64,000 nucleotides of DNA from Somniosus microcephalus (lineage: Eukaryota), in contig CM126202.1 in the NCBI GenBank assembly GCA_052327205.1, positions 83,886,001-83,950,000 on the forward strand, read 5' to 3'. Of the stretch, positions 1-11,930 are shown in pieces (positions within the stretch are counted from its first letter, which is position 1; each line of letters starts with the position of its first letter). The notes beneath the pieces were generated by a model. The model was not told the origin of the DNA and ran no database searches. It was given only the letters and a program-made list of their open reading frames with translations. The position numbers and the translations under genes were made by a program.

Positions 1-2257
1 TGCTTGCATTTTGCGAAGCTGAAGTTCCTCTTTGCTCCCTTTCCGAAATGCAATTCATTCCTTATGCAAAGCCATTTTGTTAGCCAGTTCGTTGGCCATT
101 TTATTTACACTTCCACAGGTGACATCACATTCTAATTAATGGAACTATTTTACTTTTGAACATTCTCTTCATTCTAAACCCACATCGCAGTATAATAGCT
201 TAGTTAGCATTTGCAAATGAGCAAGCACACAGTAGGTTCAACTTGCTTTATAAAACAAAGCATTCTGTTAAATCCATTGGGCTCTCCTGTGATTAATCTT
301 GTGCAGCAAAGGCCACTCCCATAAATAAGCTCTTGCTCTCGACAAACAAGATTGTAACCATACATGCACACGAAGTCAAACAAAGTCTTATTGCTGTATT
401 TCACATAATGGATATGACTAAACTTATTCTTCCAATCAGACGACGATTTAGGCTATATATTAGGGTACTTGCTTATTTAAAGTCACCGTTGTGATAATAC
501 ATCAGCATGTACTTTTTCATAAACTTGTTTTTTTTGTCTCCTCAAGACAAAATGAACTGACGTGACACTGCTAATTCTACTGATAATACTAAGCCAGATC
601 AACATCTGTAACACAAAATTTATACATGGGGTCTTGTATGCCCGCTATGGGCACTCTTTCACCAAATGTACATGAACTGCAGCCCAGTGGTATGAGCAGA
701 ATTGGGAGCATGTTGCCTGGGATATACCTGTTGTACGCTTTTAAACGGATAAATTTTCCTTTCTTTAATGTGGATGTATTTAAACTGACTGCTCCTTTTC
801 CGGAGTAGTTTAAATGTGATGTAGATTGAGCATCTTATATTACTGTATGCTAGAATTGTATAAACAAAGGCTAGGCATTAAAGACTTTTTGGGTGTGGGG
901 TGGGTGAAGTAAGCAAATTTGCAGCTATGAATAAATTATTGTATCCTGTAATTGTGAAGCCTAAAAAGATGAAGCTACTTTTTCAGCAATGGAAGTACTA
1001 GCTATTGTTGCTATAAACAGGAATCCTAAAACATAATGAACCTTGCTTGGAAACCTGTAGAAGTTTGTTCATTTACACAGAGCTGCTGCTGAGACCTTTG
1101 TACTGTACTGGTAATGTATTGTGGTGGTAGATAAGCAGAACAAAAAACTACAGAAGCTTCCTTTCTCTTGCCAAGCACGAGTTGGTTTTTTTGGGGGAAC
1201 CTGTTTCTCTCCAACTGTTCTTTCACGAGCTGCAAACTTTAATATCAGTGGTATTGATTACAAGCAAAACTTGAATGCTAACTTGTTGAAACAATTTAAC
1301 ACTATATTGGATTTCTTTTCAACCAAACTGGGAAAATAATTCTAGTGTACCCCATTCCTCTCCATGTAGTTAAAACAAAACTGCTACCTGTTCACAAAGC
1401 TCTACATTAAACAGTTGATGCAATAAACGGGTTACTGTGGCAGTCCAGGAAAAGTTACTAGGAAGCATGTTTCTCAGCTCTCTCAAGGAGAGCTATCTGC
1501 TGATGTATTTGCGGAATGGTTCTCCTGCAGCTGTTTAAGCCAGAATGTTGGGTTTTCAGTAAACTGTTAGCAATTGATGCAGCGTGCAATTAGCCCTCAC
1601 AGGTGGGAGAATAAATCCAAAAATTTATAGGAGCATTAGGACTGCATCTGTAGAGAGCGCGAAAGCTCCATTTATTTTATATTTGGATATTCTTCTAAAC
1701 ACAAGACTGTTGGTTTTTAAATGCTGTTACTGAAAAGCCAGATGCCAAAGCTTGAGCGGCCAGGGTAATAAATAAACAGGTAACCAGAGAAAACTAGAAA
1801 ATAACTTCCTTACTTGTATATCATACAACTTACTACATTGCAGGAGTAAACCTTGGCGAAGTTTCCTTGCTGGAAAATCTGATTTGGGTTTGATAACTTT
1901 TTGATTAATAGTGGGCAATGCTGACGATTCTCCTCCATCTTGGGTTAATGAATATTGATAAACATGTTTTTAAGGAAGAAATTCTCCTGAGGGCAGGCTC
2001 ATGAAGCAATTGCTTGTCCTTTTTATGCCTTGTGATGAGCACCATGATCAATAAGGATTTGGTATTGGTAACACTTTTTGAGGGCCGAAGATAATTTGAT
2101 ACGATAGAATTCTAGTGAAAAGCCTAAGTGTTGCTGACAGAATGTGACATAAGCATAGAAACAGTAAAAGTCTGTAATTTTTTTGTGATTAACTATCCTA
2201 AGGTGGAATAAGAATGAATGGTTTTCAAACTAAGCTGCACATGGTTCTGATTCTGAA

Positions 2258-2436
2258 ATAACAACAGAAAATGCTGGAAAAACTCAGCAGGCCAGGCAAC
2301 ACCCGTGGAGAGAAAATAGAGTTCCTCCGAAACGTTGACTCTATTTTCTCTCCACGGATGTTGCCTGGCCTGCTGAGTTTTTCCAGCATTTTCTGTTGTT
2401 ATTTCTGATTTTCAGCATCCGCAGTATTTTGCTATC
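2258..2436. mobile_element. Penelope-derived short insertion with inverted duplication (hairpin)
   Basis: 68-bp inverted arms; 14-bp TSD GTTCTGATTCTGAA at 2244-2257 and 2437-2450; same tail motif as the GIY-YIG-bearing copy at 17371. Confidence 0.8.
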
Positions 2437-2659
2437 GTTCTGATTCTGAATATAGTTTGGTTGATGTAACACAATTCAAATTGGGTATGGCACAGTAAAG
2501 CATAGACATAAATGATAAATAGTTGTGGGCCTTGCCTGGGACTTCAACTAATATTTTCCATAAACTATTTAAATTGCAAGCACTTCTTTCCCAACTCCAG
2601 CCCAAAAGTGAAAGGTGTGACCAACTGGTCAGTTTTAGCTTCATGTGTGTGATTTCAGA

Positions 2660-3410
2660 GGGCATGGATGTAGATTAGTGCAATGGGCAGACAGGTGGCA
2701 GTTGCAATTTTATGCAAAGAAGTGTGAAGTACAGCTTTTTGGGAGGAACAACAAGGAATAGGAACAAACATTAAATGCTGAATGATTTGAATAAATAGTG
2801 TTCAAATACTTAATTACGCAAGAGTGCAAGTTTGGGTAAATAATGCCATAAGGCATTTGGGGTTTTATAAATAGGCATAGAACATGAGCAGAGATATGAT
2901 ATATTTGTACACTGCCTGGGTTAGGCCACTTTTGGAGCACCTTGTGCAATTTTAGATGCTCCACTACAGAAAGGACATGAAATTTATAGTGTACAACCAG
3001 AATGATGTCATGTATGTGAAACCATATCTGTGTGCAGAGATTTGAGATACTGGGACTTTATCCACTGAAATAGCGACGGCTAAGACTCGATTTAGTAAAG
3101 GTTTTTAAAATTATGAAGGATCTTGAAGGTATATTTTTCCCTTGGTTAGGGAGTTGGTAACTAAGGGTCATCAATTTAAAGTTGTCACTGAGTGAGGAGA
3201 GGGGCTAGGAGCCATTTCATTTAAAGTTGGGGTGTGGAATGTTTGGATTTCAGTTGAAGCAGGGATGTTGCACAAAGGAAAAGTGGTCAATTATTTGGGG
3301 CAGAGAGAGAGAACAGGGTAGTGGGATTATTTTGGGTTGCTTTAGAAAACGCTGACAGACATGGTGGGTCTAAATGGCTGCCTCTGTTGTAAAATGTTAT
3401 GGTTCTGCTA
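2660..3410 (+). mobile_element. Old degraded CR1 LINE 3' region
   Basis: Remnants of WADRWQ-F, LVRP-LE and RGH-FK coding motifs plus CR1-type 3' tail. Confidence 0.65.
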
Positions 3411-3832
3411 TCAGTTGGGAAACTTCATGCTTCATAGACCACCTCTGATACCCAAATGGGGTCTTGATTTGATCTTGCACAAATTAATATACCCTCCTTT
3501 CGAACTTCCAGTTTTTTGATTTAAAATGTCACGGAATGATATGTTTGCTGTTTTAGTAGCATTAGGACGATCCAAATATCCAGGTTTGTTTAGCTTCATA
3601 ATTTGGCATGCTGCTAATGTGTTATGCTGATTATACAGGTTTCCTCCCAAAGTTTGTATATTGTTTTCATTTAGGTCATGGATTTCTCCCTCACATCAGG
3701 TAGCAAAACCACTTGCACTGTGAATATGCCTATAGGGCTATACCATATTAAGTGGGCAACATCCAATCCATCGTCTGTCAACTAAGTTTTTCCATAGACT
3801 CCCAAGTACTTGGTAAGCTGGTATGCTTACTG

Positions 3833-4150
3833 TTCAATTATTTAAGGGGGCTGCGCCTCTATTTCTGGCTTCATTCAGTCCGAAGTTGCTGATCTTTGGC
3901 CACCCAGTGTGGAGGTGAGGATGGGCGTGTTGGAGGACCTTCTTGGGCCTGGACAGCATGGCCACCTACAGGTCCAAGAATAACATGGTCCGGTTGGGTT
4001 GGGGGGGGGGGGTCTCTTTGGCTGCCTGGTACACTTGAGGTCTTCTGTGACTGGTGGGCACTACAAGGACTGAAGTGTTTTGTGGACACCAGGAATAATG
4101 TAACAGTTTTTGTTTTTTGTTCAAATTTAGTCAAGAAAAAGAAGAAAAAT
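3833..4150 (+). mobile_element. Tx1-like (L1 group) retrotransposon ORF2 C-terminal remnant
   Basis: Frameshifted FWLH-SPKLLIFGHPV ... GTLEVFCDWWALQGLKCFVD followed by an A-rich tail. Confidence 0.6.
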
Positions 4151-4550
4151 GAGTTTGCTAGGTGACTTATGTATTCTGCAATGCTATGATCTTTGGTAGA
4201 AAACCCATCAGTTCAGTGAAAAGTTGTTTGGCTACTTGGAAAATGGTCTCTGATTTTCACCCTCAATTAACCTAAAGGAAAGCAGCTACCTAGACTAATT
4301 AATGAACAAGGTAGGAAATCCTTTTCCAGAGATAGCAATACTTGAGGCCTTTCTCCATTTGGATCCTTTATGCCAGAAGCACAGGAAGTTTCAGATTTCC
4401 GTGGCTCATCACTCTTCAACGCCAATTATCTAACAGCGTAACTCACGGAATAAAAACATTTTATATGAAAGCTGGTTGGGGCCCGACAAAATCTGCATGC
4501 AGATTTTGAAGGGAATCATAGATGATGGCTTTTTGTCTGTTTCACTTTTA

Positions 4551-4990
4551 GGTCGACTGTTCGCAACCTTGGTATCACATTTGACCCGGAGATGAGCTTC
4601 TGACCACACATCTGTGCCGTCACTAAGACTGCCTATATCCACCTCTGGAAAAGCACCCAACTCCGTCCCTGCCATAACTATTCTGCTGCTGAAACCCTCC
4701 TATCAGCCTTGCAGCCCTCGGAGATATTTGTGCTCCTCCAATTCTGGCCTCTGGAGCATCTTTGATTTTAATTGCTCCACAATTGGTGGGCATGTCTTCA
4801 GCTGCCAAGGCCTCCAGCTCTCTGAACCTCTCCACCTTTCTTCCTTTAAGACGCTCCTTAAAGCTACCTCTCTGACCAAGCTTTTGATCATCTGCCCTAA
4901 TATCTCCTCCTGTGGCTCTCTGATTTTGTTTGATAACGCTCCTGTGAAGCGCCTTGTGACATTTTACTACATTAAAGGTGCTATAATAGT
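4551..4990 (+). mobile_element. L2-type LINE 3' fragment
   Basis: VRNLGITFDPEMSF-PHI and SSFKTLLK motifs; tail GTGAAGCGCCTTG...AAAGGTGCTATA. Confidence 0.75.
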
Positions 4991-5590
4991 AGGAGTAGTA
5001 GTACACAAATCTTGAAAGAATCACTTAATATACAAGGCCAATTCTACTGTTGGTCACTGACAAAAATAGTGTTTTTTCTAGTATTGGCTTGGTATCTGAC
5101 CCGTTAAACTCTTGTGTCTTGTGACTGAATTTAAAAGCCAGCTGTAGCCATAATCTTGTACTAAGCCTAACTCTCTCCAAGTGCTTGAAGTTTAGTTCAG
5201 TTGCCTGTAAAGCTTGAGGGAACAGCCTATGAATTGTCCCATTTAGGTGTACTATAGTTATTTTTGAATGTGGCTGACCATCTCAAGTCTTGGTAACTGT
5301 TTTTGGGAGCTGTAACTAGCTGTTGCAATCTTGAATAGTTTAAGATAACATCAACTTCTGTAGTGGTTAGAAATAGAAGACAAGAAATACTGCATATGTA
5401 TATATAAAGTATATAAACTAATAGCTTTTATTTAGATTGTGACGTTTTATTGTTTTACCTTTTTGAGGAGCTGGATAGGAATATTTCTACTGTAAATAGA
5501 TATTGTTTGTTTCATATTTTATACCTAATATTGGCTTAATAATTTAAACTTAAAACAAGGTCTGAAGTTGTGATACTTTGCTCATTCAAT

Positions 5591-6745
5591 GACACAGGGG
5601 TCCGCTTGTTGAGATTAGCCAGTTCATTGATATTGGCTTATCTCTGGTCTTTCAGATAATCGGGATCGACTGCAAACAAATATGGTGGGAATATTGTGTT
5701 TAATCATAGTTTAAGACGGAATACAACACACTAGTTATACAGCGAAAACATACAACCGTGACCAGCATCTGGTACTGGTCCTGATCGGACAGACTGCTGG
5801 CGTGCGCGAACAGTTCTCCAGCTTATGGCCTTTCTTCCTCTCGTCCAGAACCTCCAAGAGTGTTAACTTGGGTCCGCATGTGTCCACTCGCGGAAGAGTG
5901 TTAAACCAGCCCCACTCTTGGATGGCTCTCCCCTTTACCGTCTGTGCCAAGAGCTTTTCAAGTCTTTCTCGTACCCTTTTTTAGGGGTAGGCCTGATGTA
6001 AAATATGGACTGGACCATTTAACCTGTAAGGGCTCTTTCTAAACCAAGGTGTCCAATGGCACGTCGAGTTCTTTATTTCAACTTTGAGCGAAAGATCTTC
6101 CCTCCAGGAGGGGTCTTCATTATCATTACACATGCTTTTACGTTTTGAAGGCCTACCCATCAACATTTCTTTTATCTCCCTTGTCCTGTCCTCCCTAGTT
6201 TGGAGTCAGACATGCCATTCTTGGCTATCAGATGTCCGTAACTGCTTGTTATCAGTTATTTATGTTCATGCTGTTCATGCAGCTTTAGCTATGCAAAACT
6301 AACTCTCATTATCAGACTATTGCACCATGGAATGAATCATTAAATTCCCAAAGATATCTTTTATTTTATTCTTATACACTGGTTAACTTAAGCATTTTAA
6401 AGCAGTTTTGTTAAACAAAGTCAAAATCCTAACTTAGCATTATAATATGGTTATTAGCAGTAATGGAAGAAACACAGGCGTGGGCCTTGGTTGGTCAAAT
6501 TAAAAGATACATAAAACAACCTACCTAGCGCACACACAGCAGACAGCTAGCCTGGAAACAAGGCCATATGTGACCGTCACAGTGAAAAATGTTTTAAGAT
6601 CTGCAGGGAACCAAAACATAAGCAAATTCGAAGCATCTTTCCAGTTATTCCAACACCAGTCTGAAGAGACTTTTTGTCAAGTTCTAATAGTCATGTAAAC
6701 AGAGTTTTATTTGCGTCGCAATTTCATTCGCATAACCCCATATAT
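5591..6745 (-). mobile_element. Possible solo LTR or LTR-retroelement fragment
   Basis: Abrupt compositional change with more CpG; minus strand ends ...CCCCTGTGTCA with ATTAAA about 110 nt before the end; no TSD found and the right boundary is uncertain. Confidence 0.35.
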
Positions 6746-7059
6746 TTTGGATACCCTAATCTCTAACTCTATGGAGGCATAGGATAATTCCAATAGATAA
6801 ATTTCATTAAAGGAAACGTTGTTCTGTGAACCTGGGGCACATTCCTGGAAGCTTGCTTAGATATCCAGGCTAGTGTAGATGCTCTTGAAGGCGTAGAGAG
6901 TTGGGACTCGCCCAAGAGTATGATCTGAAGTAATAAGGCCAGAAGAATACAAAGTTAAAAGGATAAAAAAGGCCAAAAAGTAGCAGTCCTGTTTGAGATC
7001 TTAAGCTTGAGATTGCATTTTATCCTTCTGCCCACACTTAAGGCATGTGTCATTTAACA

Positions 7060-7988
7060 CAGGAGTTCTCAACTGAGGATCTGTGGCCCCCTAGGGGTTT
7101 GCAAGAAGGTTTAAAGGGGTCTGCCAGATCGGACTCTGAACTCCAGAGCGCCCCAGAAGTGTCGACTGCTGAACTGAGAATCAATCAGAGGCAAGGTGAC
7201 TGGTGCACCTGCAGATGGCAGCCTCGATTTCCCCCGCGGTTTTAACAGGTCTGCCTCGATAGGTTTCAGGGACTGCTTCCCGGTGTCGGTCAGTTCCGGT
7301 TTCATTAGGTGCCCCCTTTCCCAGGCTAGCCCAAATGACGCACCCAAGGTGGTGGGCCACGGATTTATCAATCGGGAAGTGGTCTTCCACTTTACTGTTG
7401 CCCCGTCCGGCAAAGGTGCAGCCACATGGATCGGTACTGCCCTCCCCAGCTCAGTTAGCCCTTTCATCTGCCAGTGATCTGGAGGCAATCCGATACTCTG
7501 ACGAAGTTATTAACGGAACAGCGGGTCGGATGGGAAATCATAAAGGTAATTCCTGGACCCCACCCGCAGGAAGGCACTTTGTTAACCATTTCCCACTTGG
7601 GATTTAGTCTCTGAATTATTTTTGGCTTTTGGTTGACCATCTTCCCCCTTTTTACAAATTTCTGCATGTTTTGCTTTATCACTTCCCCGCTTTTGATTAA
7701 CCATTTCCCATTTCGGACTTAGTCTTGGAACGTTGTTTTTGGTTAATCATTTCCCACATTTTACTCATTATTGTCGAAGAAACCTCCATGTTTTGACAGA
7801 ATTGTTGCTCAGCACCAGCAACAAGTTTCACATTTAAGTAAAACAAAAATAATATATATATATATATATATATGTTTAATTGTATGATACATTTTTACAG
7901 AAAAAATATTTGCCATGTTATGGGGGTCTCTGGAATTTTTATAACCCGGGATGGGGGCCTCAGAAGCAAGAAGGTTGAGTACCCCCTG
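7060..7988. mobile_element. Non-autonomous hAT (Charlie-like) element with internal unrelated sequence
   Basis: Ends CAGGAGTTCTCAAC ... GTTGAGTACCCCCTG; flanks ATTTAACA / GTTTTACA (6/8 match). Confidence 0.6.
7852..7872. repeat. (TA)n microsatellite
   Basis: About 10 TA units, directly visible. Confidence 0.9.
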
Positions 7989-8028
7989 GTTTTACAGATC
8001 ATGGGTTCATTCCACAGAGCATACTGAC

Positions 8029-8187
8029 CAATGTTCCCTTTAAGCTGCGCGGCAGCACTCTGCAGGTCCCGCGCTGCTGGTGAGCTGGCTTTTAAATAGA
8101 AAAATTGTGCATGCGCGGAATTTTGAATGGCAAGCGCAGCCCATTAAAGCGGCCACGCGGGCCAAAAAGAAATTAGAGGGAACATTG
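8029..8187. mobile_element. 159-bp hAT-type MITE
   Basis: TIR CAATGTTCCCT(T/C)TAA; perfect 8-bp TSD ATACTGAC at 8021-8028 and 8188-8195. Confidence 0.9.
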
Positions 8188-8409
8188 ATACTGACTAATT
8201 GGAGCAATTTCAGACTGGTACCAGTAAAGGATATATTCAGAGGCTACTTGAGGTCATTTGTAAGTTCCCCAGGCATTATTGCCTCAATTGTACTACAGGA
8301 AAATAATATGTCCAGTCTTGCTGAGCAACTATTTGAAATCCATTTCTTATCTCCTTGTTTTCCCCTCCTGACTGTAACATGTTCTAGGATTTAGTTGCAC
8401 ATTCAGTGC

Positions 8410-8740
8410 AACACTCTGCCATTTTGCCAAAGTGGCAATTCTTTGTTCGTGAGCCAAGACAATGATTGTAAGCAGGTCGTTTGAACATGGGGAGTGACTC
8501 GGCTAAACTAGCTCCTGTTTGTTCTTGGTGTTTACACACTCGTACCTTCTGGCAACAAACACTACGTAATCAGGCCTGCCTTTCTGCCCCATGTCCTCAA
8601 TTCCTGTAATGTGATACCAAGGTCAATTGGCCCTCCCCATTAACCAGCTGAGATGAGCTAAATCAACATCTACCAGACCAGGCATCAAATGTGGAACCTT
8701 CTGGTTCTGTGTTCAACGTTGCCACACCATCAGCCGTTTG
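8410..8740 (-). mobile_element. Old tRNA-derived SINE (related copies near 16040-16150, 22990-23300, 52140-52260)
   Basis: Shared motifs among the copies (CAGCTGAGAT-AGCTAA, CCAGCAGG-G...GATCAGG) and a degenerate B-box-like end. Confidence 0.45.
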
Positions 8741-9727
8741 GGTGCCTGGAAATATGTTTGAAGTGTCCATGTCCGAACTTTGTACAGTTGTGTTATGGTA
8801 AATTAAACTAGCTGTACATTACCTATGAAATGAATACTTGAATATAATGATGGCATTAGTGCACCATGCTACTGATGAAAGTCACAACCATGCATTCCAT
8901 AGCTTGAGAGTTGGTGTTTAAGTAAAGACATGTATAAAATAGTAGTCATACCTCATTCAGGTAATGTGGTCAATTTGTAGTTTACTTTGACGACAATAGT
9001 TGTGCATTGAAAATAACAAATTTAAAACAATTGTTTTGAATCCTCTTTTTAGGATTAGAAATCCCAATATGTGTTGGAACTTTTTAGTTTGGTTCAGAAG
9101 AAAATATAATTTAAGTCCGAAGAACCATTGGAAAATAATTTTGATTGCACTGAATCAGGTTGTCACTGGGATTTTGGTAAAGCATAATCACGGGTTTTGC
9201 CACTGACTGTGTGAAATAATTGGTTGTTCCTTTTTTCCTGATTGTCTTTCTCACTTAATATTTGCTGATTTTCTGTTGGTTAATTTTCCCTTCTCCTTAA
9301 TTTCCTGTGTACTCCAGCTATTTCATGGTGGTCAAATTTTAATTGAATCTGTCCCAATCATTCCTGTTCCACTCTGTTTTTCCTTCCAGCTCTGCATCAA
9401 GAGTGCAGAATTGGTTTCATGCTATTGAAGGCAGAGCCCATTCATTGATGAGCAAGAGTGAAACCTCTCCATGATCACTATTGGTTATAGACTGCTATCA
9501 TTCTCGGTGTGAATAAGTACTGCTTCCATTAATATGAAAATGAACCCTTTTCAACTTAAAGCACATTTGTATGCCTGAGACCCCTGCTAGTGCAGCCTGT
9601 TCTCCAAGCTCGGGTCTTGCTAGGAGACACATTGTCATGGGTTCAAGCCCCGTTCCAGAGATTTGAGCATGTAATCTGGACTTGGCGGTACTGAGGGAGT
9701 GCTGCACAGTCTATCTGATGAGACTGT

Positions 9728-10526
9728 GGCCTGGATTTTGCGGTCAGTGGCAAACAAACGTTTGCTGTTAATTACGCTTACAGCTGTCCACAGACTCCTC
9801 ATGGGCTTTTGAGTGTCCGTTTACTGTCATTGGGTGTCTGATCCAGCGCAGGGGATCTGGGACCCGTGTGAACAGGCCAAGCAACAGCATGCCTCCTTAA
9901 CCAATCAACTTGAAGAATCCTTACTGAGACACGAAGTCTAAACCAGGAAGTATAAGTTAGAATATGTAAAATCATATACCAAAAGCAAAATAAAGCGAGG
10001 AAAAGAAAAAGTAAAAACAAAAATTTTTTGTTAAATTTTTAAAAATCTCCAAAAACCTGAAGGAATGAGACTCCACACCCAAGAGAGGTTGTTTGGTACG
10101 AATTGAAGATAGAAGCAGGAGTAGGCCATTTGGCCCCTTGAGCCTGCTCCGCCATTTAATGAGATCATGGCTGATCATCCAAATTCAGTACCCTGTCCCT
10201 GCTTTCTCCCCATATCCCTTGATCCCTTTAGCCTTAAGAAATATATCTAACTCCTTAAGACTGTTCACATTGTTAAAAATTCACTTCCACAACTTTTTCT
10301 TGGTGGATATCTGGTGGGTAAGTACCACAGCTTCATGCCCTTTACGTGTTTTAATGCTGAGTCTCTCGAAGTGTAGCAAAGCTTGTGGAAGAGCAGGACA
10401 TCTCGGACAGCAACTTCCTGATTTCTGTGTTTAATTGTGCATTTGCAGACGCGAGAAGTTGCTGTCCGATTTAACCTTAATAGTGAGCGCTGATAACCTC
10501 ACGGTTCTTACTGCAAAAGCCAGGCC
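9728..10526. mobile_element. PIF/Harbinger-like MITE (itself containing a CR1 3' end)
   Basis: TIRs GGCCTGGATTTTGCGGT / ACTGCAAAAGCCAGGCC; internal motifs shared with 48111-48865. Confidence 0.7.
10105..10256 (-). mobile_element. Young CR1 3' end
   Basis: About 95% identical by eye to 21578-21729 and to 57958-58110. Confidence 0.85.
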
Positions 10527-10964
10527 ATTGAATTGAGGCTCTGTCTACCCTCTCGGGTGGACGTAAAAGATCCCATGGTACTATTTGAAGAAGAGCAAGG
10601 CAGTTCCACTGGTGTCTTGGCCAATAATTGTCATTCAACCAACATGAGTAAAGCAGATTATTTTGTGATTTGTCTTGCGCTGTTTTGTGGGATTATTTGT
10701 GCGAATTGGTTGCTGCATTTCCTACATTACAACAGTGATGGCCCTTCAAAAATTACTTAATTGACAAACATTTTGGGACGATCTGAGGTTGTGAAAGGCA
10801 CTTTATAAATGCAAGTTTGTTCTTCAATGCTGCTGGATCTGAAACTGCTGGGAGCAGCTTTGATTGGCTGCAGGCAAAACCTGTTTTTAGCAGGACTTGC
10901 AAGCCACTAGGCTTGGTGCGTCCTGGCAATTTATTACATAAAATGAAAAATTATTAAAATATAC

Positions 10965-11190
10965 TAAAATATATGGGCTAGGCAGCATATGTAAAAAGAC
11001 AAGACATAACATTTTGGGTGTAGATCTTCAGAACTGCATTTCTCTGTCAGCCCTAGTACTGGGCTTGGTTATCTTCCATTTTTCAGTTCTGACAAAGGGC
11101 CTACACCCAAAATGTCCACCTGCCTTTCGTTTTCCTTACAAATGCTAACAGGCCAGCTGTGTATTTCCAACATTTTTTGTTTTTATGTCT
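10965..11190. mobile_element. Older Penelope-derived inverted pair
   Basis: ACATTTTGGGTGTAG..TCAGAACTG is inverted relative to CAGTTCTGAC..CTACACCCAAAATGT; TTCCAACATTTT tail. Confidence 0.55.
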
Positions 11191-11364
11191 GCCAGCTTTA
11201 CATTTGGCTTGCAGCTTGGGGAACCCAGAGGCCCTCGCTCAATATAAAACAGCTTTAGAATTCATAGGTTGTAGTGAGTAGCCAAGTCTGCTGTCTCGAG
11301 CGGCTCAGATATGTGATGTTGTCTCCAGTATGTTAGACCCAAAAGCTTAATGCAACATTAAAAC

Positions 11365-11492
11365 CTAGATGAAGGGTCCCAGACCTGAAATGTTAATTCT
11401 GTTTCTCTCTCCATGGATGCTGCCTGGCCTGCTGAGTGTTTCCAGCATTTTCTGTTACTGCAGATTTCCAGCATCTGCAGTATTTTGCTATT
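11365..11492 (+). mobile_element. Penelope-derived tail fragment
   Basis: GATGAAGGGTC..GACCTGAAATGTTAA..GATGCTGCCTGGCCTGCTGAG..TCCAGCATTTTCTG. Confidence 0.7.
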
Positions 11493-11930
11493 GTAATTAT
11501 AATGGGGTTTTGTTCAAGTTGAGGAATTTAGGTAAACTCTTGCCCCCAATAGCTTGAAACTGACTGGAGTGCTCAACCTGGAATGGTAACACAAAGGTAA
11601 TGGCAAACCCTACCATTATTCAAGCTTGTATGGGCATGTGTGACAACTAGTCTATATCACTAGGCTTATTCAAGCATATTGGTGCCAAATCACATTGTAA
11701 ATGCCAGTTTTCTACCACTGAACATTTTACTTAGTTCACCAGCAGTTTCTAGTGGCGGGAGCTGAACTCCAGAAGAGAATCGTGACGAGTATATTCCATA
11801 TCTTCAAGCCTGCGAAATGCCTTTCTTTTTGCTTTAGCCTTTGGGTTAGTTAATTGTGAATGTTGTAACTTTTTTTAAATTAAAAGTATGAGGCTTTATG
11901 TCGTTTGTAACTATTTGTTTTTATTTACAG

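Larger units (their letters stand above)
9590..10822 (+). mobile_element. SacSINE1/DeuSINE-type SINE split by a MITE
   Basis: B-box GGGTTCAAGCCC; Deu-domain GTAAAAGATCCCATGG-ACTATTTGAAGAAGAGC; L2-like tail; interrupted at 9728-10526. Confidence 0.8.

Noticed and set aside
1-11930. Upstream DENND4C coding exons or a start codon
   Set aside because: I found no MABP-encoding exon with proper splice sites. The short ORFs here are random or repeat-derived, and an alternative promoter cannot be supported from sequence alone.
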